NCBI GenBank assembly: GCA_040954595.2
Contig: CM082580.2
Coordinates: forward strand, 14,646,389-14,710,388
Direction: 5' to 3'
Source of the DNA: Balanoglossus misakiensis
Taxonomy: Eukaryota; Animalia; Hemichordata
Length of the DNA: 64,000 nucleotides
Every line of letters starts with the position of its first letter. Positions within the stretch are counted from its first letter, which is position 1. Positions 1 to 19,300 of this stretch are shown in pieces. A program made the position numbers and the translations under genes. The notes below the pieces were generated by a model. It saw only the letters and a list, made by a program, of their open reading frames with translations, was not told the origin of the DNA and made no database searches.

Positions 1-476
1 ACGAGAAATGAAGATGACCAAACGAACCTGTCAGCATAATCAGCTCATGCATGGGTAAGACGAATCAGCGCCAGTAATGGATCGGTCGTTCTTTAGAGAA
101 TAGATCACATTATAGCGCCAGTTGAGACTAAGCACACACAGGGCATGGTTTAACGCCATGGGAATAAAAAATATCGTTACACCTGCGTTCACTTTCTGAA
201 CTGACCCCCCTCCATTGTAAACTTTACTCATCTTGACCTTATCTTGAGTGATCCGTAGGCATGATGACACTGGTGCGACGAGCTGGGCTGCGGCGTTAGA
301 GGGCCTGGACAAATTTAATTGCTGCACGTGCTTTTCAAAATCTGAATTCATAAATAATGACCGAACATTTGCACAAAAATTAGTCGACTCCCCTTCAGTT
401 CGTGCAAGAAAAAGGTAACCCATGCGTCTCCATTGTACATACAGATATTCCAATAGCGAAGTAACGTTTTGATTAT

Positions 477-493
477 GGTGGTGGTGGTGGTGG

Positions 494-568
<75 letters not shown>
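477..568. repeat. Compound trinucleotide microsatellite (TGG)n(TGA)n
   Basis: Directly visible; it produces the spurious poly-His ORF 40..681. Confidence 0.97.
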
Positions 569-570
<2 letters not shown>

Positions 571-952
571 GAATATTACTTTATGTACTGAGTTACTAGG
601 TAACAAATGTCTAGCCACTGAGAACAGGCATCCACCGAACGGTGAACATGCAGTCAAACAATGGCCGTAGTTCATTTTCAAAATGATGTAGAGAGCAGTG
701 ACTATAATATAACCTTAGAATGTCAAATGTGATGTTATTTTTGAATTTTCACCATTCAATTGTAGTTGAGGCGATGGCTGCGACATGCGGTTATTCAAAT
801 TCATCGTTCATGTTTTAATGTCCTCTGAAATACCAAGGCCATGTCGGAAAAAAAAGTGCTGCCAACTTTAAGAGACGATACTCAGACGGGGAACATACCC
901 CTATATTTTAATTTCTTAAGAAAAACAATTATAGAACAGTCTGTTGTCGTCT

Positions 953-1054
953 TAGTCTCGGTTACCCAGACGCCTTTGCTCTTCCGATGCTCTCCCTCCT
1001 CAGCTTTTCTGGAGAGCATCGGAAGAAGCAAAGGCGTCTGGGTAACCGAGACTA
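953..1054. mobile_element. ~100-bp palindromic MITE with TAG...CTA ends and 9-bp TSD
   Basis: TIR tagtctcggttacccagacgcctttgct-cttccgatgctctcc / ggagagcatcggaagaagcaaaggcgtctgggtaaccgagacta; flanked by the direct repeat ttgtcgtct (944-952 and 1055-1063). Confidence 0.9.
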
Positions 1055-1139
1055 TTGTCGTCTAGGATGTTCTTACCAAATCATATTCCGAACTACGCAG
1101 AAGCGGCTTGAGCACAGTGCATCATGGGATAGTAATCTT

Positions 1140-1312
1140 GCTCTCGAGTCTCGATCTCTGCGAGGTTGTGACGTCACTGGGCTTGCGCAGACTGGAGCAA
1201 CACAGTAACCAATTACAACAGTTTGTGTGTGTCACGTCAGTCGTGTAGGAGGCTCCTCCGTGAAAAGCTCTCCGTGAACAGGAATCCCGTGTTTTGGACA
1301 AAACCTCGTCAG
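1140..1312 (+). promoter_or_regulatory. UAP1 proximal promoter and probable non-coding exon 1
   Basis: CpG-rich; full CRE TGACGTCA at 1169-1176, CCAAT at 1209-1213, TCACGTCA (TGACGTGA on minus) at 1232-1239; strong donor AG|GTAAGT at 1312/1313; matching acceptor tttcag at 2263, upstream of the ATG. Confidence 0.7.
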
Positions 1313-2313
1313 GTAAGTGTAACACGCGATATTTACTAACCTTTCTCGATACCAGTCTCCAAATAGACATTGTTGATTTGTTGCCCGTCGCGATCGCACG
1401 CTTAATTTCCGTTGTGGCACGGTTACTAGAAGAGTAACCGTGGTTGTGGGTTTCATTTCAGGGTTTCGTTTACTCTTACAGTGCGCAGCGGTAAGGCTCC
1501 CTTTAAATCACCCAACCCGTAGGGTTCTGTGACGCCAAACATATGCAGCTGTTTGCCGAGCGTGTTATGGTTTCTTAGAAATCGAGTTCTCTGGGAAATG
1601 TGTTGGTCACACTCACAGTTGGCTGGTGGCAAAATATTATCTGAGTGACATGCACTTGGTTTGTACATGGTCAAGAATGAACCCACCACAAGCAAGGTGC
1701 ACCAACCCGAAAGCATAAACGTTTCCTGATAATATTTGGGCGGTGCGGTAACCTGAATTTATATCAGGCACAACCACAGTGGTTGTAATCTTTCCAGCTG
1801 GTCGCAGGAATAGATCATTTCGTAGAATACATGTATATGTTAGTTGATTGTCGGCGCATACATTCGCGTGAACTAACCTCTGAACTTTATTCCCCTTATT
1901 ATGTCTGCCACGTAGTGCTACAAGTGTTTCGTATGTCCCATTAATTCTGTAAGCATCTTCAGTGCCACGTCTCCATTCTCAGAGGTCTGCCATAATCAAG
2001 TATTGGGTGCAAAATACGCCATCAACATACCCCGCCACACACACTGCCACACTCACATTGCCCAGTAACACTTAATCACGGTCTAGGTCTGTCATTGCAG
2101 CTAGCTCAGGAATAGTGTTGTAAGTAGTTAGTACATACATGTACTAGTAGTACATGTAGTTCTGATTTGTCATACATACAATGCAATGCAGATTGTATAT
2201 TCTGTTTTTAGAGGTCCCATTTGAAATAACTGATTGTAAATTCCAGTTTTCTATCATTTTCAGCTCTGTTACTGTTCTGTCAGTTTAAAATTCCCAGAGG
2301 AAATCGTGTCAGA

Positions 2314-8623
<6,310 letters not shown>

Positions 8624-8942
8624 AGAAAATTAACTTAACATTGAAACAAGAAAACAGCTGTTCGGCTCTTTCTCTAAGCTCTTTTAACTCATTCCATCAG
8701 AATGCATCACTTTACTGGTATGACAAATGTCTCAATATACAAAGTTGAATCCCTCCCCTCACATACATAAAATACTCTTTATGCAGTAACAAAGTTGACA
8801 CAGACTTTAGACATGTACAGATAGCTGACAAACATTGCTGCTGAGTGAAATCGTTCATCAACATTGTTGCTGTTTGAATTGAGACAGGCTTTCATCTGGG
8901 CTTCCATGGGTGCTTTCTTACCAATACCCACCAGGCATCTAC

Positions 8943-9016
<74 letters not shown>

Positions 9017-9020
9017 GTCT
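8943..9020. repeat. Tetranucleotide microsatellite (TCTG)n(TCTA)n in probable UAP1 3' UTR
   Basis: Directly visible. Confidence 0.95.
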
Positions 9021-12000
9021 TTATCAAACTCTCTTAAAGTTTGCTTGTAGAGTAATTTAGTAAGATGTCTCAACTTCAAGCAGAGCTATTTCAGTAACTG
9101 ATTGCTTATGCTATTCATCTTACAAAGTATTTTTTATCCATAAATTATTTGAAATTTAAGATTTGACATTTTTTATTTGATTTAAGCTGTAGTGTTTATT
9201 ACACCAATGTAATGCAGTGTAAGTTGTTTCTGTTAATATCTACCCGTATACACACCCTTAAAATCAAAGGATTAAATTTCCCCATATACTTTTCTATAGA
9301 ACAGTTGCAGTTTGCATCCTATAAATATCATGGGTCCATAACCTTTGCAGAAGTAAAGGTACCAGTGATAATTTTAGAAAATCCAAAGTGGCTGTTGTCA
9401 AGTTGCAGAAATATTACCCTTTGAGCAATTCTTATGTTGGTTCAATGATGCCCTACATTATAAAGCATTTCTTTTCAGGTTTAAGAAGGAATGCAAGAGA
9501 CAGCTGTAAATAATAGAGAACAATCTGTCAAGAATTGCAGTGGAAAATTTGCCAGGTTCTCATGGAGGGTGGGGGTACTGTTTGGGCATTTGTAGGGGCA
9601 ATACTCCAAGCAAGTGAAGGAAAGTTGTGTACACAAAGCAGTGAGGGTCACACTCAAGCTTGCTGCATATAGAACTTTCAGCATGTTCATTGCACTAACA
9701 TCACCTGCCTGCCAATCTAAAATTATCAAAAATATCATTCTGCATAATTTTGACATCTTTCTTCTTTCAACCACTGAACTAAACTATCTGTCATCTCTGA
9801 GAAATGTTTAACATTTTTTAGTGAAGAAGTACCCTACACTAAATAAGTGTTTTCATTTTCATCAATAGGCGAGTCTGTCTTGTGCAATAATGTGCTGGAT
9901 GAAGCGCAAGTGAGATGAATGAACCAAATAGCGGAGATAATTGCCCACTGGTCACTACCTCAGTACTCCCACTTTTCAGGGTGCATTTTTGCAAACAGCC
10001 TTCAATACTAACCTGTCAATCATTTCTACAGGGAGTAGTCTCGCAGCCAAGACTAGCTTTGTCAAATGCCCATTTATACTGTGTGATTTTTGTTTTTAAT
10101 GTTTGATAATTTGCATTTTTATGACTGCTTAAGTCAGACTTTTTGAAAAACGCATGTGCAAAACAGTTCTGAGACACTGGATACAAATAGAGAAATTTTA
10201 ATGTTTTCATATAAAAAGATCCTGCATTTTTCTACATTGTTAAAAATATTGCATCTACTTTTACATTTTGTAACTTGCTGGTATGGTACACTGACTTTTA
10301 TTCTTGGCGGACAGCAGGAAAAGTTGTTTTCTGAACACGAGTTCTGTACTACATGAGTTTAATTTCTGTGAAATTGTGACTGTTGGAATCAGTAGAGTTG
10401 TCAATATTGCAACAACTGACATGATGCCTTAATGTATGACTAACACTTTCACTGAGATTTAGTGCATTTTCGCACTGCTGTCTGCCTGGAGATTCAGAAC
10501 GTCTCCCACAGTGAAAGTGTCGAGAAAGTTTAGCATGTCTAGATATTAATGTCCAGATGTTATCAACTGGGATTTGGTCTTCTCACACTTGTCGTTGTCC
10601 TTGGGAGTATGAGATTCTATTATTCCCCTATGAAAAACAAAAAAACAGAACGTCTGAATCACATGTCAGTTCACCGTTTTTCCAGCATGCTTGGTGAAAG
10701 CCAATCAAATAGAACTTCACTTGCTCCTCAGCCCAAATGTGAACATCACTTACATTGGCAGCCATTGACTAGAAGAAGGGCATCTTACCAACACTAAAAG
10801 GTGAAAAAGTCCAACTTTTGGCATCAATTTGATCATTTTTAGTTCATACAAAATCATATAGGTAGCATTGTGCATAAAGACACCTTTTACTGGGTGGCCC
10901 TTATTGTATGGTGAATTAATTCCCTTTGGTGTGTAATGCTGTACATCAAACAGGATCTAGTGAGCACAGTGTTCTGACTGTTGTTTAATGAAATTACTAG
11001 GACTAAAACTAATTGGGGTAGAATTGAATCAAAAATGCAAGTTTCCCATAAAACACAATTGGAATTTGGGGCCAGATTATGGACATAGTTCTACAGTAAT
11101 CTTGTAAATGCTGTGTTCTGCGGTAATGCAAGGTGTACTTTTTTAAACCTGTCTACGTGTGATGTCAAGAAAATGTTCAATATTAATTTTTTTTTTAATA
11201 AGACTTTTTTTTCATTTTTGATGTGTTTGTGATGAGGGGATTGGTTTTGTATTATTTTGGTGAAATTGAAAGTTCATGGCAATTTATTTTCAGTATATTC
11301 CTGTATCAACATTCATTTAATTTGTTTCTAATAGTAAATCATTCAAATACTATATTTATATATTTTGGGGGTGGGGGAATATATTTCAAATGTTGTCATT
11401 GCAGTGTTATAATTTTAAAATGTCTAGAAGCACCTCTGTGTGAACTTCTGCTGCAGAAAGCACTATTATTCAGTTCTGTAGCCAGGGTAACCTGGGCAAC
11501 AAATGTCTCTGGCATGATCACTAACTTGTCTTTCAAGATTCTGAAGCAGAGTTTTTACAAGCTACATATACATTCTTATTCTCCCAATAATAACAATGTT
11601 TGTGCAAATTTGCAATACGCAATATGTGTCTGAAAAACCTTTTGTTTCCTGTTCACTTGTAAATTTAGCATGTTTATTTCGCAAGTGACGAGTGGATGGT
11701 GTTCTTAGATCAGAACAAAACAGTGGCTGTTCTAAATATTATGACACCACTTTGTGGTGTTAGAGTTATACTGGATTTGACCTTATGTATGTAACCTTCA
11801 GGAACAATGAAGTGTGAAACTTTCCTGACAGTTCTGCTGGTAGTGTTTTGAGCCACATTTTAACATCCTGTAGAGTTTTAATTTCAATGAAATAGCGTTT
11901 GCTGATTGTTTTTGTTTTTACCATGCCTGTATCTCATTATTCATTTTCACTGCAGTTGTATTTTATTAGATAAAATACTAGTAGTAATGCCAATATGGTG

Positions 12001-13440
12001 AAAAAAGTGTTCATAGTAAAACTGTTAAGTACCACCAAACCTCCATAAGATCCATTTTGGGTTGTTTTGCAAGGTCATTATATTAAGTTCCACAATCAAC
12101 TGCACTCTATTGAGCGAATAGAGCTGCACACTGCACCAATCTTTAAATGAACATGTAACCATGGTTTATCCCGTTTAAATGGTATACAAAGTGAACATTG
12201 TTGTAAATGGATTATGAAATAATGTGTTTTTACCAAATATACCAATTTCTCCCCATGAATTGGAAATTAAAGCAAGCCTGTCTGTTGTGTACCCGGGTAC
12301 ATATTTGAGATTTCTCTCCTAACCATACTAGGAGAAATGTTTCCAGCTTGGCAAATGAAATGGTGTCTAATAGATTATTATCTCAGTTTCACTAAACTAT
12401 GAGCGAATATTTGAGGGAAAATGTATGATCATTTCATGATGTGTCATATTGGTTCTGGCAGTTACGAGTGTACCATTAAGTGAAGAAGGAGGTACAGGCC
12501 AACAAAGCAGGGAACTTGAGTATTTGGCCATTTATGTCTGAGAAGTTTATCACGCCTTCCTGAGATGTTTCAAAAACTAAAATTCTAAAATTATGTGAGA
12601 CAGAGATGCTGCCATCAGATGGTGTGCACCTAAGAGAAATTTAATTTTTTAAATGTTTAAATGTTATTTTCATATTCATGATGCTAATGACATGAGTTTA
12701 CCAATTATTGGTTTTCAAAATGCTCAATGAATCTGTTCATCCCATTTTAAGTTTCCTGATTTGTTTAGAAGATTTCTTGGTTTAATATTTTTGTGTTGTT
12801 TATATTTAGTTAGCACATTAAATGATTTTCCCGCAAACTAATAAAATCTATGTTTATGATATTACTCAGGGACTGTTTTATCAATCAGAGACAAATTTTA
12901 GCTTATGCTGTTGGAGGCTTTCCCACCCACAATTCCTTCATCCATGCTTCCATCAAATGTTTAAGCAAACACAACCTACCCATCTCAGCAAGATGTACAT
13001 GTAGTACCATTTGTTGAGTACCATATGATGGTATGCTTCAAACATTGCTGTGGGTCAAAACATTCAAGTATTTATCTTCCTATCCAATATGCCAGAATGA
13101 AAGGTTTGTCAGAACACACCTAGACTGGAAATGAGGAGGGGAGGGGCAAGGTATGTGTTACCGCTGGGATGGAAGTCCTACCTGCTTTTATGAATAAGTC
13201 TTACATGTATTTATTTTCCACCCTCTAAGTATAAATCAGTCGGACTGTAACAAAACATGGTCTAACCATAACTTCTACTCTATACTCGCAAACCATTGCA
13301 TAGTTTTTCGTCAACATTTGAAAACAGGACCCCACTCTCTCCCCAGAAAGTCATTTTCTAGGTTTAATACTGAAAGTTTTAATTGCCATTTGTAACTTAG
13401 TCGATTTAAATATTTTACGCATACACAGTGGATGCCATAC

Positions 13441-14033
13441 CCAATGCGAATCTCATGAACGCGCAAGGTTTCATGGGAAATCGCGGACCGGAAGTGCGGA
13501 AAATGATCAGACGACACTTTAACACGGAAGAGACCGATTTTTGCGTGCAAATCGTCAAAATACGAAGGGCCATATGGTTTTTCAATAAAACGACACCAAG
13601 TACTCGTTGATACGCTCACTGGTGAGTACCCCCATGTATTTTTTTAGACTGAAATATTGTATATATCGGAAAAGATATCATAGTTTTTCGTGTGCTTTAG
13701 AAAGTTTAGTTAGTGGCGAGCGAAAATCCGTTTGTTTCGTATTTACGGAAATATTTCGGTGAAATATACTTCAAGACATTTTTTCTGAAGCGTCTATGTT
13801 CCTCTGGTACAGACAGATTAAAATAAAATCAGAAAAATTACGACGTCCACGAAAATGTCAAGCCGACGTCGCACCGCGAGACTACGGGCTGCACGTACGC
13901 GGACGGCCGGGCGCTGCTCTCTTGGCACCCGAGGACCTGTTTGTTCGCGTCCCGTTGTCTCATGTCGTGTGGTCATTTTCCGCACTTCCACGATTTCCCA
14001 TGAAACCTCGCGCGTTCGCGAGATTCGCATTGG
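13441..14033. mobile_element. ~590-bp CpG-rich MITE with ~75-bp imperfect TIRs
   Basis: ccaatgcgaatctcatgaacgcgcaaggtttcatgggaaatcg...gaagtgcggaaaatgatcagacgaca matches the reverse complement of 13963-14033; lies between the convergent UAP1 and VCPIP1 3' ends; TSD not clear. Confidence 0.8.
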
Positions 14034-16350
14034 TAGTCTGGTCTATTTAAACAGCGCCCCCTGTGTCGAAACCGATCATCATTTTATAGACGGGCACATA
14101 TAGACAGCAACAACCACAAGTTCGGGACATTGTGCAGTGGTATTGCAAGGTTGTTTATGATGGCCAGTTCCTTGTCAATACAATTAAAACAGGCAATGAG
14201 TGCTGTAACCTATGAGGATAGGCCTTCTGGCATATTGCACTTTTTAGTTCATAGGTGCGACATTTGACTCCTGCCTTCCACAGTCCCTCTATCACATGTA
14301 TCTGTACCTGCCAAAATTCACTGAAAACATTACTTACACACCAGTATATTTATGCATTTATGCTTGACTCCACCTCCCCCCTCTGTCCTTCAAAATGTGA
14401 ACATAGCATATCAACCCGTGGATAATTAATGTAGGTGTGAAAGTGAACAATGTACCGCACTCTTGCAATGTCACAGAGTCTTGAATGAAGTTTTGGAGGA
14501 AAATACACCAATATACTCAAGAAGCTGATTTATTTTAACTGTGGACAACTTGCACAGGGTTGTAACATCAGGGGATCAGGTTAATTATTGTCTTGACTCA
14601 AACCTTTTGAAATAAGCTTTGCTTTATTGATTTCACTAGATACAACACTTTTATAACATGATCGTCTCATATAATGTGGATAACTGAATGATTTTCAAAG
14701 CACCAATCAAAACACACAAATACAGTAGCATCAATCTGTCACGGTTATTTGTCTGAATTTGAATGAACGTGATAGCCGATTTGAGACCTGGGTTGCAACA
14801 ATTCTGAATTTCCCAACATCAATCCATTGCCAAACCAACCTCACTTATTAGCAATAGATAGTGCCGGTTCATACAAGTACATGCAAGTTGAACCCCCCCC
14901 CCTCAATTCCCTCTCTAGAGGCCAGAAACTGTACCATAGAAAAAGTTGGATTTGGAAACAAACTGTGGTGGCGAAGAGATTAAAGTGTGACTGTCACTTT
15001 GTGGTTGGTCCACACATGCAACCCTTACAGGACTTGCATTCAAGCTCAATATTTAGTGTGGATCTCTCTTTAATACTGCATTCATTTTCAGCAGAAACCT
15101 TAGACATTATCTTTAAACACAGAACAGTCATAAAAATACATGCCATTACAAGTAATCCTCATTTGATGATATATATCATATTGTACTATCTTATTTTTGG
15201 GCTCACATAATTTTTGTCCATCACAATTACCTCTACACTGAAGAAAAATGTTTTTTATCAAAAACACAGTCAGTGTTGTTTCAGTGCTGTGAGCAACATA
15301 GAGGACACAGACATGCCCTAAATTGAAAACATTTAATATAACAACCTGTTATACATACAATTCTGATGAAAACAAATCAGTACAGACCTCCTCTTGGAAC
15401 ATTCAAAAGCATTTTGGTGTGTCCATACAGAGTTTTTAATACATGGCTGGAAATTCCTGAATAAAAATCTTTACGGCCACACATCAACCATGTTTTTACA
15501 CAGAACAGTAAAGCAGACATTACTGTGACAACATCGACCAAGATTTCAACAGTGACAGATGCATAGTACCGGTAATATTTCTTCCTACTCCACTTATAAA
15601 AAATGTAAATTTCTTTTTATTTTTATTTTCAAAACTTGTAAAGTACATGATATTATTTTTAAAGTAGCAATGTTACGGAAACAAATGTTTGTTTCTAGTA
15701 ACAATGACCTTTCGTTTCAGAATCTGGCAAAATGCTACTGGACTACATAAAAATCATTCAAGGATTGACAGATTATTCATCTATTAAGGTTTTTCAGTTT
15801 TCAAACTAAAGGGGTCTGTCATCCTGATGACAAATCAGTTTCATATTACACTCGATTTCAAATGTAAGATATGGTGGGGGTGTGTGTGGGTGGGTGCACT
15901 GTACTGAATCAGTCTGGGAAATAAACTCAAGGCAGAAAATCTACTGGAAAGGGGTATTAATGTCTGACCTGTGAACCTCGAACCCAGTGACACTTGACCT
16001 ATCTTTAACCTCACTAATGAACAAATTTTATTTCCTGAAATGAAATCTATGATAACATAATGCAGGTACTGTATACATGGCTGGATTTCAGTTCAGGATT
16101 CTCCAGAAATAAGATTGCACCTTATTAATGATGCTTTCAATGGCAGGTTTACATGCGAATCATGAATGTGCAGAGAATGGCATCTGTGTTCTAGAGAATA
16201 CTAAACCGAAATGGGGGAGTACATTTCACTTTTGATTATGATGTCCTGCAAAGCAAACTATGGCTTTCAATGAACTTCTCTGTCAAATAATACTCAAGGC
16301 TCAACTGCATAGCAAACATAGGCTTTGGGATCTCCTTTTTGATAAAAAGA

Positions 16351-19300
16351 TTAACTATCATCCATGTTCTCTGATTCTAAATTCTGTTTGTCCATTCCTC
16401 CACTTGGTTCACCATCTGTTGATTCCCTGGTCATTATGGTGTATCCAGGTCCCACTTTCTTGGCGACTAGTTGACCTGCAGCTTCAGCAGATATGAAAGC
16501 TTCATTTGGTGCAGCTGTGCTGGTAACTGTAAATGGTTGTGTGTCACTCCTTGGCATACTGGCTTCAGTGGATTCCAGTATTCCTGCAGCGCCCTCATCC
16601 ACAGTTTGTGAGGAAGTGTCAGCAACAGTGTCATTCTTGACTGCGGTAGCCGTGGACACCAAATTAGGACCACCACTGTCAGTCTGCATGGGTGAAACGG
16701 GCGTGCTTGGTTCCATGTCCATCATGACCTCAGATTCAATTTTGACTGTTAGGTCATTTTGTGGTAAATCTTCCACTTTAGGTTCGAGCTTCTTGTCATC
16801 AACACTGTCCTTTCCAACATTTGGTTTCACACTATCATTCATTTCAACATTCACAGTTTCTGTTGACGTTTTTGTTTCTTTCTGATTACCATGGTCTTCT
16901 GCAGTGGAACCCATTTCATCACTGGCTATTGCACTTTCTGGTGCTGAGCTCCCATCTTGAGCTGCAATGGTCACTGGTGCTGTGGCTGTTTCCTGCGAAG
17001 TCTTATTACTTCCTGACAGTGTGTGCGCCTGTCCTGTGAAAGCCACTAGGCTGGTTTTCTCTCGACTCATTCCTGGATTGACCACGCCACTGGCACCAGC
17101 TGCTAATCTTCCAGAGGAGCTATCCATTTGCTGTTGAGATACATCGCTGCCACCCTCAGCACCGACAACGGCACTGATTTTCTCACTGGCTAGTTTTCTC
17201 AGATTTGCTGTATCATCCACTCCAGGAGCTATAGGAAAATGACCCAGTGGTTCCAGGCAGAGTTCCACCCTATCAGCTGATGCATTATACCTAAATGTCT
17301 GAAATGATATTTAGGACAAAATTATATTTTTTTATTTTTTGATCTTTAGACTTAAACTTAATTAATTAACTTTGCCAAGACTTGTCGCTTTGAATAAATG
17401 AATAAATGGATGACTGGACAAACAGACAGGCACATGGATGGACAGATGAAAAATGCAAAGCATGGAATCTATATTGCATAGACATTTACTAAAATAACCC
17501 ATGGAAAAATTACATCATACGTTGCACAGTCTTCTTTGTTGATTGAGTGTGTTTGTGTAGGTCTTGTTTTGTAATCTTTTCTGACAAAAGTTAAATGATA
17601 AGAATTTCATAACACTCTGTCTTTATACATGTACATCACACACAAATTATTACCTTATTTGGTAATGTTGGTAGTGTAAAATGTTTGTTGTCAGCCAACC
17701 CCAGGTCTCGCTCAACTTGTCTAAAGAACAATCCATTCCTGGTAAATAACTGTGGCATGTTTTGCACATAACCCCACAGATCAGTTCCTGTCAGAGTGGC
17801 CATCAAAGCCATGGAGGATATCTGCAGATCTAAATCATCACCTGCAATAAAAAGCATGTGTTACTTTTGTTGCTACCGGAACAAGCAACCTTTAATTCAC
17901 TCCATCCCCTAACACTGACATGATTGGTACAGCGTGTGTTCAGTTGTCTTCTTTGGGGGTCTCAAGGATACTACAGGGAAGAGTTCGGAGTGCCTCTGCT
18001 CATGAAGCAGGAGAATTGACACAAGTATTCAGTACACCCAACTTTTTTTTCTCACAATTACCTTCACCTTGGGCTAAATTTTCCACGTCTTGCATAAGTT
18101 CACTACTTGTTGAACTGATGTCTTGCTGTGTTGAGCTGCCATCCCCACTCCATATATGCCTGCCATGTCTTGGAGCCTCAAAGATTTCCTGTTGTGTGTC
18201 CATTGGCTGCTCTGAAATTGAATGGAAAGACATCAATCTCACCTTATTTGGTAACAGGGGTTGAAAAAATAATGCCTCAGGACTTTGACCCCACTTGGTC
18301 ACAGACTAGGTATGTTTGGTGATGTGTGGAACTGCAGCAATGTGTGTAATTTTTTCTGGGATGCAATCAATGAACGAATCTTAATTCCACAGCAACCACA
18401 ATGCAACACCTAAACATGATTCAAATCCGTAATCATAGAAATACAGAGTTTACAGCAAAAGTCACACTGGGGCAACCATACATTTTAATGCACAGAAGTA
18501 ATCAACATCATAGTATAATTTACAACACCGGCCCCAATATGTAACTTTCATACGTAATTTTAAAAAACCGACAACCGGTAACGGCAGTGAGGTTGATGTG
18601 ATGTTTCTCTCTACTAAAGCATGGTTAAACATAAGAAGCCACTTTTTAGCTACTATAACATGTGAAACCTCTCAACAAGAGTTATAAGGCTTGGCTGAAC
18701 ACTGTGGATCAAGGGCTTCAAGAAGCCATACAATTTACTCATATGAGAAAGGCTGTTCATGCAAAATACACTGAAAAACTATTCTAATGGATTCAGGCAT
18801 GCCTCTTTCATATTTCAACATTGGTAAATTAAAAAGTAACTGAATTAATAGGAGAGGTACCTTTAGGTTCATTAGGATCTGGTAGAATTTCAACCGTAAC
18901 TTTGTCTCCATGTTGGAGTGGCACCAGCTCATCCTCTTTCCCATCTTTAGGGGCTTTTAAATCCCTTGGAGGAAAACCATATTTCAGTTTCTGTCTCTCT
19001 GGTGCTACCTTCAACTCTGTTTCTATCTTCTCCTGTAGTTGTTTGTATGTGATGGCTGTCTCCATGGACATCATCAGCTGTCAAGTACAAAAAGTACAGT
19101 TGTAAAATCTATGTTTTTCTATAAAATGTAAAATAAATCTTGCTCAATAGAAAATGAATTATTTTCTCTGCATTCATAGGTCATATAGCACCATAAATCA
19201 ACCCACCACAGATAAAAGTTGGACCAGTACATGCTTGGATAAATGGAGGACTGAGCTTCCAAACTCAACATAAAAAATATGTCATGGTGGTACCTGTCTT

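Noticed and set aside
40-681. 213-aa ORF with poly-His
   Set aside because: The His run is the (TGG)n(TGA)n microsatellite read on the minus strand, with no recognisable domain. A short first exon of a neighbouring minus-strand gene near 183-231 cannot be excluded but is unsupported.
8624-13300. Additional gene in the 4.7-kb stretch after UAP1
   Set aside because: Only short, AT-rich, low-complexity ORFs with no consistent splice structure; more likely long 3' UTR or intergenic DNA.
16493-16885. Antisense ORFs overlapping VCPIP1, UAP1 and RP2 exons (e.g. 16493..16885, 5796..6182, 57742..58101)
   Set aside because: Shadow frames of real exons or microsatellites.
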